Shown here piece after piece: positions 23,201-36,199 of a stretch of DNA of 64,000 nucleotides. Both the position numbers and the translations under genes were made by a program. Under the pieces are notes generated by a model, which ran no database searches, was not told the DNA's origin, and worked only from the letters and a program-made list of their open reading frames with translations. The stretch's first letter is position 1. Every line of letters begins with the position of its first letter. Origin of the DNA: Geosiphon pyriformis uo1 (lineage: Eukaryota; Fungi; Glomeromycota); assembly GCA_016748015.1 (NCBI GenBank), contig JAAOMT010000617.1:442635-506634 (forward strand), written 5' to 3'.

Positions 23201-25700
23201 GATGTTGATCCAAGAGCCATGAATGTTTCGATTATTGGTTTTTTTTTTCTGGTTCAAATTCAAAAGCCGGGGCTTTTTTGGAGCATTTGTTAAATGTACT
23301 ACAAGTGGCAGGTACTCAGACATGTTGTCCTTGGTAAAAGATTTGTAGTTCTTGGGTTTCCCAGTCTAATTTTGCATTGGCTTTCTGGAGCCAATCATTT
23401 CCGACAAGAGCTTGATATTAGGGAGCATTCATGACCAAAACTTTGACTGGAATGGTGATTCCATTAATTGTAAATGGAAAATTGTCAATCTTTCCTACTG
23501 GAATCTTTTTCATGCCATTGGCAGTAACAATGATTGTCTGAGCTGGTTGGTCAACATTTTTTTTTAGCTGCTGTATTAATTGATATGTGATAATGCTTCC
23601 GGTGGATCCACTGTCTAGGATCAAGCGAATTGACTTTCTTTTTACTTCAGCTTCTGTGTACATTACAGTGATGGCTTTTTGCTTGTTAGCCGCTGCATTG
23701 CTAAGCAAGAATGGTGATTCATTTGCTTCAAATTTGAACAGGAATATATCTGAAAGATTGGCATTTTCAGCAATTTTGGCTGGTGGGATTGTGGTAGGAG
23801 TATAAGAAAGGTTTTGTTGTTGTGCTGCAGCTCTGCCTTCCAAGAGTGCAGTATAGTGAAAATTCTGTTTTTCAGGTATTGTTAAATAACTGGGTTGAGT
23901 ATGATAGTGATTGATCTTGGTTGAGTGGAATTTTAGAGGACCAATTGGTTGTTTGAACTAATTCTATTGTTGTTTACTTGGTATCGGTTTTGTGGTGTAA
24001 ATTGGTTTTGTGTAATCAGTCTTTGAGCAGGTACTTGATAATGTTGTATAAGTGGTTGTTGGTATTGCTGTTGGATTGGCTGTGGGACGGGTTGATAATA
24101 GTTACTTGGGTATTAGGGTCTTGGTAGATAGTAAGCTGGTAATGATGGTTGATAATAAGATTGCTGTGGTGGAGGGTAACGTTAATTACTCCTATTTTGT
24201 TGGTCTTGTTATAGCTTTCTGCAATCTCTTTTCCAGTGGCCAGAGATTTCACAGTAATGGCAATTCTGAGGCTGGTTATTAGGAAGTGGTGCAAAGTTAT
24301 TTTGATTTCGTCTTTGGAGTGGTTGATATCTTTAGAGTTGCTGTTGTTGTTGATTGGTAAAATAGTTTTCAACCTTCTTTGTGAGTTGGTCAATTTTTTT
24401 CCTCAGCTGCTGAGCTGGTTTCTCCAATTGCCAAATTTACAAGTTTTGTGCAATTGGCCTCTTCTATGGCCATTTTGTATCTTTTCGCATGCTGTATGGC
24501 AGAGTTTAAATCTTCTGGGGCATATGGGCGAACCTTTTTAATTAGTTTATCTTTAAGACCAGCAATAAATTGATCCAAGATTTGAGCATTGGAGTAATAA
24601 TCATTTGTTTTGAGTTGGCAAATTTGTCTGAGAAGTTTGTTGAATCTCCCAATATAAGTCATGACAGATTTGGAGAGTTCTTGTTTGATATTGCGAAAAC
24701 GATTTTGAAGTGTAATTGAGGTGTTGTTATCGGTGAATTGTTCTAGAAAGGCAGTTTTGAAAGCTGTCTAGTCATTAAAAAGGGTGGTCAAGTTTTCGAA
24801 CCATTCACCTGTTGTTCCTTTGAGGAAGTAGAGAATTGTTCTTAACATTTTGGCAGTATTCCATCCATTTGCATCTCCAGCTTTAGTAACTTGGTTGAAC
24901 CATTCTTGGGAACTGGTCTCAATGTTTTCGCCATTGAATTCAGGGATTTTTGCGATGTATGCTGTTATTTCATCTTCCTCGTTTTCACTGTCTATTGATT
25001 CTTCTTCAGATATTTCAGAGTCGTTTTTTTTGTTTGCTGCTGTCTCAGAGTGTTCACTTTGATTTTCAGCTAGAAAGTCAAGAAAATTGGAACTAGTTTG
25101 AAGGGGTTCTTGTTGTCTGGTGGGACTTCTGGGTGATGTAAAATCTTTTAGTCTTGCAAATTGATTTAAGGGTGAATTAGGTGTTTGTGCTTGTGCAAGT
25201 AAAGCTGGAAAAGATGTGATAGTAAGTGGAAGTTTTGAACTGGTCTCTTGTTCAGGTGTTTGTAAATGTTTGACAGTTGTTTTTGGTAGTATTGGAGTAT
25301 TTGGGGTGGTTTTTGAGTATTGCTTCAATTTTTGTTTGCCTTTGTTGCTTGTTTCTGTCTCTGATTCAAAATCAACGGAGTATTGAAACTGCACTGGATA
25401 TGTTTCTTCACAGTACTTGATAATATTAAAGTTAAGTTCTTGAAAGTAAGTGGCAAGTGTTTTGCTGTTAAGGTCTTCAGTTTTCAACTGTGAATAGTGT
25501 ACTAAATTATTGTAAAGATTGCTTTTGACTTCTGAGATATTGTAATTTCCAAAAAGATAATTGTTGATGCAGTTTTCAATGTATTGATATACTGATTTCT
25601 TGACAACTTCAATTCCGTCTGGAATGTTGAATCTTTGCTTGCAGTGGGTGTAAATTGACTGGTAATACTCTAGAGTTGTTGTGTCTGGTGTGGTCACCAC
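20294..25700 (-). pseudogene. pol: Decayed Gag-PR-Cys-rich-dUTPase-RT-partial RNaseH of A2
   Basis: Capsid-like ORF 24768-25700, CHYCEISGHWKRDC knuckle, LILDSGS protease, RT ORF 20944-21279, YLDD at ~20880-20893. Confidence 0.95.
21922..22365 (-). pseudogene. dut: dUTPase domain of A2
   Basis: All five motifs: AGYNL, SRSSLA, GGIIDAGYTG, KIAQ, RGTQGFGSTG. Confidence 0.95.
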
Positions 25701-25745
25701 TTTAAAGTTGTTTTTGCTGTGTTGTTTCTATGGGAGAGCACCAAA

Positions 25746-26704
25746 TGTTACCAGAGGTTTTTGGTCTCTTTTCTTTAATGTTGTTGATGGCTGTTTGCTG
25801 TGAATTCACGTTTTCTGGATGTGGTTGAACCTCCAGTAACTGAATTTATCTTCAAATTATCTCCTATAATTTGAACTGCTGGGCTTATAAGTGGAATGGC
25901 CAATTCCATGCCAGTTACTTTATGTAGTTACATTGTAGTAAATGTCAACTTTTTTCCAGGAATTGCTCATCTGGAAGCTCACTAAAATGTATAGTTATTT
26001 TGCTGTGAAAGTCAACACTTCTACAAAAATCTCATTTGTAGACTACCTTAATAATTATGATAAAAAAAGAAAAGAAATATAAAAGAAATATAAAAGAAAT
26101 AGAATTTTGTTAAGAGAAACGTTTTCTATCCAGATCTGAAGTCACTAACAGTTTATTGAAATTAATAGCTAATCAATTTCAAAACATTAGTTGGGTTTTG
26201 GGGATTTTTCAAGTGTAATAATTAAAGAATTTGGTTTTTCGAATTATTTGATATTTATTTCTTTTGTGTGTATAGGAATGGTTCTAAGTAATAAATCTAA
26301 AGTAAGATACATTTCCTTGAAAAGAGAAGCTTTTCTTTTATACAACTTGTCATAACACTATTCTATGAACTTGAACTTTGCTATTTTCTACAATTTCACT
26401 GAACTAAAGATACATTTCGGCAAACTACAAGTTATTTCTGTGAACTATTAGATATTTTGGCAAATTTCTTACAAATTTTGGCGAACTTTTTAAATGTCAC
26501 ATAGTTTGGAGTATTGCATGATTGATCATCACAATTAGGTTACATTTGTGTTATGTACAAATTAGGTTATTAATTAAATGATAATTTCGGATATTTTACT
26601 AATGTAATAAGTGATAATTTGAAATGATAATATATGCTAATTAATAATAAGATTTATAAGAGTAATTTCATGTTAAACAATGTCTCTAATTTTGTTTGGT
26701 AACA
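25746..26704 (-). repeat. A2 5' LTR
   Basis: Direct repeat of 19129-20087; adjacent PBS. Confidence 0.95.
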
Positions 26705-26885
26705 ACGAATACTACTGGTAATGACTATAGACTCATTGATAGCTGAATTAACCTGTTGTTAAGCATCCAGTTGATTTCTTGACAAATGATCTCATGGCTG
26801 GCAGGTAGTATTCTGTATGCTCATTGTTTTATTGGCATAGCATTTCCAGTTTTGATTTGGTGTTGGATGATGTCAGTTCTGCCAA

Positions 26886-27731
26886 TGTTACTTATAGAAT
26901 TATAGGGAATATATATTAGCATAGTTATTAGCCAATTAGAAGTAAACATAGTAAATGTGGAATTCCAGGATTCCTTTCAGGAATTGCAGGATTCCAGGAA
27001 TTACAGGATTCTTACGAGAAATCACAGGATTTCAGAATTCCAGAATTCTTTTCAAAGGAATTGCAGGATTCTGGGAATCCCAGAATTTCTGTTGTAAAGA
27101 ATTGAGGAATCAAAGAATCTCAATTATGTATATATAGCAGTAGTATGAGAAGCTGAAAAGACAGATCTCTTAGTTTAAATTTCATCTAGACAACCTTCCA
27201 AACACAATAAATAACTATTTGGTATCTCAAACCTAATTCCACTATTAACACTTCATGTTGATAGTAATTGATACTTAAACACACTGGAACAATAGCTCTT
27301 GATCACGGCTATTGATGGGATACTAACTTGCAAAACCATCTTAGCTTATTCATTATTTTCTTTTATTTCTTTTCTTTATTTTTTTTTTTGATTTTATTGT
27401 TATGCACTAATTGGTTGAATAAAGCACTAGATTACTGACATCAAAGATTGCCTGGTAAAAAACCCCTGTGAGAGAGTAGGACATGTACAGAAGATACGGA
27501 ATACTTACCAGAAGATTGCTGGCCATCATGCTGAGAGAAGAATTGACAGAATTGCAATTCTGAAAAGCTATGAATAAAACAACTATTGAATCTCTGTCTA
27601 TTATACAAAGAACTCAAACCAAAACCTTTAGATACAAAACTTTCAGATTATTAACATCAACACAAATAACTTTTAGCACCAAGTTATGAGTTTGTTATTT
27701 GATTTGAAATTCCAAAAAATCACTCATAACA
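26886..27731 (+). repeat. Solo LTR C (B-related R/U5, different U3)
   Basis: TGTTAC...ATAACA termini, perfect TSD CCAA. Shares the hairpin and U5 blocks of B LTRs. Confidence 0.93.
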
Positions 27732-30700
27732 CCAAATTCATTTTTGCTGGCAAAGATGTTATTGAACTTGTTGAACAACATCTTCAGTTGCATGAGTTGA
27801 AGTGGGTCTAGAATCTCCATGTTTATTTGTTCCAATTGTTCTGGTTGGAGCAAATAACATTCATTTTATCCATATATTGTTTGTGATGTAATATCAACAT
27901 ATCCACAAAGCTGTGGAAAGTCTGGAATAGGATTTGGTGGTTGGTCCTCTATTTCAGTAGTTAAATGTTCTATGATGGTTCCTTCTGGTATCTCTATAAC
28001 TTTTCTGGTGTTGTTGTAAATGAGAATTTTAATGTGGCTATAGTTTCTGGCTAATATGTAGAGATTGATGAGTCCAATTTCTCCTAATTCACAACATGCT
28101 GCTTCTGTCTCAAAAATCTGGTTCTGATTCTTCACTTTCCTTTTTATGACTACCATATACTGGTCATATGATGGAATGGAAATTGGTTGACTAGTGGAGA
28201 TAATTTCTCTTTTGTTAATAATCTTTTCTTCTATCATATTAATTGATATATCTACTCTACCCGTTGATCCAAATCCTTGTATTCCTCTTGCTGTCATTCC
28301 TAATTTTTCCCTATTTTTTACTAATACTAACTAAGCTATTTTGACCAGAAGCAGGAATATTGCCTGCACTATCTTTTTATTTGGCTCTATTACATAGGCC
28401 TTTTCTGAATCATTTTGTAGCATAGCAATGATATTTTCTATATATCTTGTGTCAATTATTCCTTCTCTGATGTTAATTTTTTTTTGCTAGACTACTCCTA
28501 AATGCTAGTTGAACTATTGTGGTTGCTGGAATTTCCAGTGCTATTTTCAAATCAATGCAAGTGTGCAAATGTGGTTTCAACTTGATGGCATCTTTTCCAG
28601 GATATCTTAGATCAAACTCTGCATCAGTATTATGTGCACACTCTGGCATAATATTTTTATTCTTGTTGCTGAACCATTTTAGCTCTTGCTTCTTGGTGAG
28701 GTCAGGGAGCACTATAAATGTTTTGGAGTTTGAATCTGAGTCCAAATTGCTGTTATCTTTGTTGTCATATTGAACGGAGCTAGAACCAGTGTTTTTATTG
28801 TTATCATTGTTGGAGTTTGAATTGGGATTGAAAATTGATTCCGATTATAATGTGCAGCTGCTGATTGGTTCTTCTTCTTCTGGAATTGTGTAGATCATGC
28901 GGATCAGTGAGTTGTAAATGAGATCACACTCATTACAATATTAAAAGTCACATAGGATCAAACAGTAGTCACATAGTCAAGTGTTTAGCTGTATTAGCCA
29001 TTGCTTCTGCTTCTCTCTTGTGGGTGCCAAGTTTTGGTAATGCTCATGGAAGTCTTCTGGATTGGTTTCTATGTTGAGAAAAATGTCTGAATTTGGAACA
29101 AGGATAATGTCAATCTGTTCAGGTAAGTTGTTTTTAATTTCCAGAATTTCACTGGACATGGCTCCTTGGACTTTGGCATTTGCCATTTGCCAGATCTCAT
29201 CCTCGTTGTGTGGATAGTCATCCAATCAGTTAATTGCTTTATGCCAAGCTGCTATTATGGGTGTGCCATGACTCATCCAGTTACTGATAAGAATTGTGTA
29301 CTGGCATGAAGCATTACATGTTTCTTCTTCACCAGAAATGTTATTCCACATCCCTTCATCGAGTAACTGTTCACCACAAGTAAAACATGGTTTGTTGTCC
29401 CACTTGTCTTGGTGCTTTGGATATCTGTAGCATTCGCAATGATACAGTTTGTAGTAATAATGTGTTTGCATTCAGTGATCTTTATCTGGCACAATCCATG
29501 CTCCTATGGATAAAAGTTTCTTTCCACAGTTTTTGCATTTAAGTGGAATAAATGGTGGCTGTGATAGTGGCTGGCGAACGGAATATGAACTTGTCCATCC
29601 TTTGGTTGTGTCTTCTGTTGGTTTGATTTCTCCAGATACGTTTTCTTCTTTTTCCTTCCCTTTTTCTTTTTTCTCTCAACTTATTGTTGATAGCAACTTG
29701 TTTTGGTTGTTGTCAATCCAAGCATTGATGGTGGTTCCCCAAGTATGTTTTTTTCTTTGTTTTTTTTTTTCATTATCATTGTTGTCCCAGAAGAGTATTG
29801 GCAGTAGTTTATTGTGGTTATCGTTAGCCCACAAAACTTAATAGACTTTTCAGGTAGATTTTTTCTCTTCTTCTTCAAATTCAATGAATGGTACTGGTGT
29901 GTTGATGGTCTTAAAGTGGCCGCACATGGCTGGTACGCATGTATGTTGGCCATTTTGGCTGAGTTGGAGCTCTTGCATTGTCTAATCAAGGATAGCATGT
30001 GTCTTAATGAGCCAGTCATTACCAACTAGTGTTTGATATTGAGTGGCTTCCATTACCAGAACTTTGATAGGGACTATGATGCCATTGATTTCAAAAGAAA
30101 AGTCGTCAATCTCACCAATAAGAGTTTTGGTTGCTCTATTAGCTGTGATAATCCTTGTGCTGGCAGCTCTGTCAACTTGGTAACTTAATTGATCTATGAG
30201 TTGTCTGGTGATAATGCTGCCAGCTGATCCACTATTCAGGATTAGTTTGATATACTGACCATCAACTTTGGCATCAGTATACATCATGGTTATTGGTTTG
30301 GTGTCCAGAGCAGCTCCACTGAACAATAGAACTGATGTAATTTCCTCAAGTTCAAATGGAAATATGGCAGCAAGTGATTCATTTTCAGTGCTGGCAGCTG
30401 GTGGAATGTTGTGGGTAAGTGGCTTCTGGTTGGTTTCTTGTTTGCTGGATGCCACATCTTCTGGGGTAACCAGAAGACTTAAGTAGTTCTGGGAACTCGG
30501 GTTTTGATTATACCTGGTTTCTGAACTCTGCTGGTGTGATCCTGATGGTTGATTTAATAAACTGGAAATTGGTTGGTGAACTACCATTGCCAATCTCCAA
30601 TTTTGGGTTATTCTGGATTTGGGATTTCTGGATGTTATCATAGATGGGTTTTGGGACAGTGTTTGAATTGATTGTTGTGGTTAATAAACTATTTGTGGCT

Positions 30701-32690
30701 GCAGTTAATATATTATGAGTGGCTGCAGTTAATATATTTGAGATTGATATACTGGTGTTTGATAAATTGGCATTATTGGCAGATAAGCAGATTGATATTG
30801 ATTTTGATTCGAGTAATAATTTGGAGTAGAGAACTGGCGATTGGAATTCCAATATTGATTTCCTGATCATGGGTTACTATAAGCATGGCAATCGGCTCTA
30901 ATGTAACCTTGTTTACCACAGTTGTGGCAGATTTGCGTTTCTTGTTGCCACAGCTGATTTGTTGATAATGATGAACGCAACTGATTTTAAAAACGATTTG
31001 TGTTTTCTTAATTATTACATCATTGAAAAGGCTAATAAATTGGGCGATTGTCAGCTAAGTATCTCTCTAATTTCTGATTAATAAAATCACTGAATTGTTT
31101 CAGTTTAGAATCCAAGTCAGATAATTTATTCATTACTAAATTCACAGCTTGGGTGTGATTGGCTTTTAACTTAGCAGCTTCAAAATCTCTAACATGAGTG
31201 ACTGCAGTAGAAAGATCTACCAGATGCATTGGACATACTCATTGGAGGATGCTGCTGCATAAGCCTCTAATGAACTGATTTAAGATTTGTGGTACTGTAA
31301 AGTAATCAGCTTGGATAGCTTGGATTTGGTGCAGATTTCTGTGGAAGCATCTCAAGTAAGTGGTGACTGTTTCTGTGTCCTCTTGTTTTAGGGTGGTGAA
31401 AGTACTTGTCAGGTGGTTGATACTGTTATTATTACTAAAATATCTTAGGAATTCTATTTTAAATGCATTAAAATTTTGGGGTTTCTGGGCCAAGCTATAA
31501 TATCATGAGTTGGTAGTATCCTTTAGAAAATATGGGATGACTTGTATTGTTCTTGTGTCATCCCAATTATTTGCAGTAATGGCTTTGGCAATGTCATTGA
31601 TCCATGTCTGGGCATCATCTTCTTCACTGGTGAACTTCTCAAGTTTTGCAATTGGTGCCAAAGCCATTGGTGCGATTGGTTGCTGTTGTTGTATTGGTGA
31701 TTGAAGCTGTTGTTGTAATTACTGAACTGGTTGCTGGATAAGTTGCTGTAGTAATGGCTGTTAAAAAAGTATTTGCTGTTGTTAAATTGGTTCGATAATC
31801 AGTTCAATTGGTGGCTGATCAATGACAATATTTAGAGGTAAGTTTTGTTGATTAATTAAGTCGGAATTTTGGTCATTCTGATTTGGCAGAGTTTTGATTT
31901 CTGGATTTTCTAGATTTTGATCTTGCTGAGTCTAAAAATTCAGGGTCTCAATATCTGGGTTCTCAGTAATTGGGTTCTGGTAAGTGAATTCTTGATCTTT
32001 AGATTCTTTTTTCTCTTTTTCTTCTTGTTTTTTTTCCAATTTGGTTGGTTCTCACAGATCAATAATTCCAAAATCTGGTTGAAGTGGTGGTGATCAAACT
32101 CCTAATGGCATTGGTGATCTTGATTTGAATCCCTCAAAGTACGCGCCATATGGTTCTAATAGATCTTCTTTTCTTTGTTTACTTTGGAATGAAAATCATC
32201 CAAATGTTGATGTCGCATTTAATATAGACATGCCTGCTAATGCGATATTGATGACGCTTCTAAGAGTATAATGATATAATAAATTTGTAGGTGATTCAAT
32301 TCTGTGTTTCTTCCAAGTGAGTGGTTGGATTTATTGAAGTGTTACTGCCGGTGTTTGTAATTTTCCTTTGTCTTTACTTGTATAAGTGATTGGGTATCTT
32401 TGTTGTGTGTGATGTTCAATTTCCTTATTAATCTCAGTGATGATAGATGCAAAGTTATAATTTGTTGGTAAGCTGGTGTTTTGGATTAATTCGTGGTAAA
32501 AAGTTTCTCTTGCTGATTTAGTGTTTACTGGCATTCCTAACAAATAGACAATTCTTTTATTGACATAGAAATTGAAGGCTGATTCTGCTGATATCTGATT
32601 GTGGTTCAATCCCAAGTGTTGATAGTAATGTTGAAATAAGAATTTTGCGAATCCTAAATGATTTGCTCTTATACTTTCTGATTCTGCCAC
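27732..32690 (-). pseudogene. gag: Decayed Gag-PR-Cys-rich-dUTPase of B4
   Basis: ORFs 32331-32690, 31239-31493 (capsid-like), 29982-30641 (LILNSGS protease), and 28473-28745 plus 27866-28297 (dUTPase, RGIQGFGSTG). Confidence 0.92.
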
Positions 32691-32731
32691 TGTTGATTTA
32701 TTTGTTGGTACTGGTTCTCTGTAGGATTATA

Positions 32732-32748
32732 CCTCACAGGGAGCACCA
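32732..32748 (-). promoter_or_regulatory. Primer-binding site (sense TGGTGCTCCCTGTGAGG)
   Basis: Complement of a tRNA 3' end ...CCTCACAGGGAGCACCA. It resembles elongator Met or Ile(UAU) ends rather than initiator Met; identity not verified. Confidence 0.85.
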
Positions 32749-32750
32749 AA

Positions 32751-33516
32751 TATTACAGATGATTCTTTGGTTGTTGAAGTAAATAACAAACCCATAACTT
32801 GGTGCTCAAAGCTGTTGTCAATAATGGAAATCTGAAGATGTATTTATTTGAAGGTTTTGGTTAAGTCTTTTGTATAATGGACAGAGATTCAGTGATAATA
32901 GTTTTTATCCATAGCTTCCTGAAACCACAGTTTTGTCAATTTTTTTCTCAGCATAATGGCTGGTGTTTCTCCTAGTAAGCTAACCTCAATTGAGTGTCCT
33001 ACCCTTATTTCTGGGTTTTTTACCAGTACTATATCCTGACGTCAGTATCCCATGCATTAATCTTCAATAGAGTTAGTAATAACAACAATTAAGACAAGAA
33101 AATAAAAGAAATGACATAAAGAAATAAGCCAAGACAATACACAAGTTAGTATTCATCAATAGCTGTGATCAAGAGCTATTGTTCCAGTGTGGTTAAGTAT
33201 CAATTGCTATCAACATGGAGTGTTGATAGTGAAGAGTGGATTTGGATGGTAAATAATTTATTTATTCAATATTTGTAAATAAGAGATTTCTAATTAAAGA
33301 ATTTTTCTTTTTCTACTTCTAATGCTACTGCTATATATACATAATTGATGTTTTACAAAATCATTCACATTTCCGAATGATGTGCTATGATTTTTTGAGC
33401 AATATGCTATGATTTCTAATATTGCTCCACATTGCTGAGTAATGTGCTCATGTGCTAAATACTATTCTCTCATTGGTCTGCTATTTTCTATATCTGTTTT
33501 CTTTTTATGAGTAACA
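32751..33516 (-). repeat. B4 5' LTR (766 bp, fewer U3 repeats)
   Basis: Direct repeat with 14981-15846. Confidence 0.93.
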
Positions 33517-33729
33517 CTGGCCATTACACTGAGAAAAAAATTGATGAAACTGCAGTTTCAGAAAGCTATGGATAAAAACTATTACCACTGAATCTCTGTC
33601 TATTATACAAAGAACTCAACCAAAACCTTCAGATAAACACACCTTCAGATTTTCATTATCAACAACAGTTTTGAGCATCAAGTTACAGGTTTGTTATTTA
33701 CTCCAACGACCAAAGAATTATCTGTAACA
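33517..33729 (+). repeat. Family B solo LTR, 3' part
   Basis: Resumes the LTR sequence broken at 14980; ends TCTGTAACA. Confidence 0.9.
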
Positions 33730-35265
33730 ATATTACTGTGCAGACTACAGATGAACTGGTTCAAAATCTGCAGTTCTGTGAAATAGGCTGCATCAATTGC
33801 TTGAATTTAGCACAAAGTCTAATAAAAGCATTCTAGGTAGGTAATAACAGCTTTAATATCTCTTTGTTTAATAATAGTGAAAGTATTGGCTAAGCAGTTA
33901 ATACTGTTATTATTACTAAAATATCTTAAGAACTCAAGTTTAAACACATTAAAATCTTGGGATTTATTTGTCAAGCTTTAATATCACAAGTTAGCAGTAT
34001 TCTGAAAAAAGTATGAGATGGTTTATAATACTCTGGTGTTATTTTATTCATTGGCTGCAATGGCTTTTTTCACATTATTTAGCCATGTTTGTATGTTATT
34101 CTTTTTGCCAGTAAATTTTTCTAGTTTGGTGATAAGTGCATAGGCCATTGGTACTGTAATTGGTTATTGTAATGAGTTTGGTTGTTGTTAAGGTTGTGGC
34201 TGTGACTGGATTGTATGACAATTGGTACAATTGATGGTAGATTAATTACAATTTCTGAAGGTAAGTTTGGTTAATTAATAATGACAGGGCTCAAATTGTT
34301 CTAATTTTGCTAAGTTGAAACAATCAGAGTTTGAATTTTTGGGTTTTTTGGAATCAGGTATTGATAATTAAATTTTTGATTGTTATCTTCTTCTTTTTCT
34401 AATTCTATTACTTCTTAAGGACTAACAGTTTCGAAATTGGGTTGATATAACAGTGATTGAAATTCTAATAGCATAAGTGATTGTGATTTAAATTCTTTAA
34501 AATACTTATCATATGTTTCTAATAGGTTGGCTTTTAATTGTTTACTTGGATATAAAATTTGAGCTACTAGTGTTTTCATGTTTGATATAAAGACACTTGC
34601 TAATAAAATATTGATGGTGTTTTTAGGTCTATAATGATATGATAAATAGATTGATAACTTGACTTTTGGTTTTTTTTAAGTAGATAGTTGTATTCTTTAA
34701 GAGGTTACTATTGAGGTTTGTAGTTTTCCTTTACTTTTGTTTGCATAGGTAATTGGATATCTTTGTTGGATGTGATTTTCAATTTTTTTATTAATTTCTA
34801 TAATAATTAATGCAAAATTATGAATTACTGGTAAACTAGTGTTTTGAATTAATTTGTTGTAGAAATTTTCCCTTGTAAATTTGGTATCTACTAATTCTCC
34901 TAGATATAATAAAATTTTTTTGTTGACATAGAAATTAAAAGCTAATTCTGCTAATAAATAATTGCTGGTTAATTCCAAATATTGACAGTAGTATTGGAAT
35001 AAGAATTTGGCGAATTCTAAATGATTTGTTTTTATTATTTCTAATTCTGCCATTTTTGGATAGTTGTTACTAGTGCTGGTTTTCTATAAGATTATACTTT
35101 ACAGAGAGCACCAAATGTTACAAATGATTATTTGGGGTCTCAAATTAAATAACAAATCCATAACTTGGTGCTTAATAATTGAATTATATTAGTAATATCT
35201 GAAGGTTTTGGTTGATCTAAAGGTTTTCATAATCTGAAGGTTTTGGTTGAGTCCTTTGTATAATA
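33730..35265 (-). mobile_element. B3 5' part: gag N-terminus (33730-35053), PBS (35104-35113), truncated 5' LTR (35116-~35265)
   Basis: ORF 34697-35053 is homologous to 32331-32690. Confidence 0.9.
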
Positions 35266-35959
35266 AGTATTTGTTTAGAAACCAGTTTCAAAAGTCTTAA
35301 AATTGTTTACTAAATTGTTTTTAAACAGAGAAGCAAATTAAACAGAAGAACAAAAAATTAAGTACAATAAAATTTAAATTGTTTCTGTTATGTACTATAA
35401 AATATTCTTTTAATTGTTATAACAAGTATAAATAATTATTTATACAATAGAAAACAAGTGAATTTTGACAATTTTACAGAAAACACTACTTTTATGTTAC
35501 AAGTTAAAGTAATAAGCTAATGAATAGCAAAAGAAAATATAATTATAGAATAATAAAAATAATCAAAGAGAGAATTTTAATTTGCTCTCTTATTAAAAGA
35601 ATAAAAATTCAATATGTGTAATCAGTCTTATAAAAATCACAATTGTAAATCTTTCTGAAAATTTAAAGATAGAAAAATAGTTCATAATTGTTAACAAAAT
35701 AATATTACTAGTATTATTTTATGCTTTAACTCAGCAATTTTTAGAATTAATAACATATATTATTGTGTTTTTCAATTGTTTTTTTATTTAAGGAATTACA
35801 AAATCAAACAATTGTTTTTCAGATTAATTCTAACAATACAAATTAAAAAAAAAAGATAAAGTATATAAATGCTAACAAGTAATTTTTTATTCTAAAATAT
35901 TTAGATATTTAAAAGAAAAATAAATAATATAAGAGAAATTAATTGATAATAAGTTTTAT

Positions 35960-36189
35960 TTTATTATTTTTATTATGTTTTTTTTATAGTTAAAGAACTT
36001 AATACTTATATAGCTATTGAAAATAGTCAATAATCAGATTAATGACTAGTTCAATAATTAGATCAATAATTAAGTCAATAATCAAATTAATAATCAGATT
36101 AATAATTAAGTTAATAGTTAGATTATTGATTAAAACTTTTTTATTCTTTGTTTTAATTATGATCATAAAAATAGGAAAAAAAAGTTTTT
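35960..36189 (-). mobile_element. Short (~230 bp) SINE-like retroelement with the 5' head of the ORF1-only LINE, 12-bp repeats and an A-rich tail
   Basis: 36140-36189 resembles 57295-57346. ATG at 36166 opens MIIIKTKNKK versus MTMIRAKNKK. T-runs at 35955-35986. Confidence 0.5.
36026..36121. repeat. Tandem repeat, 8 x 12 bp (RTYAATAATYAR)
   Basis: Units gtcaataatcag, attaatgactag, ttcaataattag, atcaataattaa, etc. Confidence 0.85.
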
Positions 36190-36199
36190 AATAATTTAG

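Larger units (their letters stand above)
19129..26704 (-). mobile_element. Ty3/Gypsy family A copy A2, both LTRs, integrase deleted
   Basis: 959-bp LTRs at 19129-20087 and 25746-26704, TSD ATGA/ACGA, PPT 20091-20100, PBS 25732-25743. Homology to A3 breaks at ~20293. Confidence 0.95.
14981..33516 (-). mobile_element. Ty3/Gypsy family B copy B4, full length, carrying nested A2 and solo LTR C
   Basis: LTRs 14981-15846 and 32751-33516, PPT 15850-15861, PBS 32732-32748. TSD CCAG/CTGG (inferred ancestral CCGG). Confidence 0.94.

Noticed and set aside
32732-32748. tRNA gene
   Set aside because: Only a 17-nt 3'-end match next to an LTR, i.e. a PBS.
35266-35955. AT-rich stretch (also 59400-59870) as another element
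   Set aside because: No termini, repeats or homology I could support.
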